Source: Pocillopora damicornis | Taxonomy: Eukaryota | Direction: 5' to 3' | Length of the DNA stretch: 64,000 nt | NCBI RefSeq assembly: GCF_003704095.1 | Contig: NW_020846678.1 | Location: 248,001 to 312,000, forward strand | Shown: piece by piece, positions 63,865 to 64,000 of the stretch | How positions within the stretch are numbered: the stretch's first letter is position 1 | How the letters are laid out: every line of letters begins with the position of its first letter | Made by a program: the position numbers and the translations under genes | Notes under the pieces: model-generated | Seen by the model: the letters and a program-made list of their open reading frames with translations, nothing else | Databases searched by the model: none | Told to the model about the DNA's origin: nothing

Positions 63865-64000
63865 CCTTTTTCAAGAGTGTCTCTGTCTGAGACTTAATTG
63901 ATAAACAAGTTTCTAAAGAAACTGTAATTTAGTATTATCAACTGAGTTGATAACGTCAATTGGCCAACGCAAAGAGTTTCAAAGCTGACGTCTCGAGCGT

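Overview
Eukaryotic, AT-rich, intron-rich DNA. The gene and repeat content suggest a stony coral, but that is an inference and not a database match. There is no prokaryotic operon, CRISPR array or phage. From left to right: (1) a variant tRNA-Asp(GTC); (2) a LamG-domain pseudogene with three in-frame stops; (3) a two-exon gene (- strand, 3331-1742), split across two ORFs in the track, encoding a 98-aa secreted prepropeptide whose acidic 40-aa core has 6 Cys and is flanked by KR and KRKR; (4) two tandem paralogous 16-exon genes (- strand, 22495-11248 and 50157-36803), each a signal peptide plus five MAM domains, with all splice phases reconciling; (5) a decayed ~4.6-kb tandem array (54350-58980) whose best-preserved parts look like E-box/ACGTG palindromes, TCF/LEF and GATA sites; (6) the last five exons of a GDP-D-glucose phosphorylase (GDPGP1). 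There are also many MITE/SINE-like repeats, several long inverted-repeat pairs and a 220-N gap. The best novelty candidates are the 6-Cys peptide precursor, the motif array, and the conserved odd cysteines of the twin MAM proteins.
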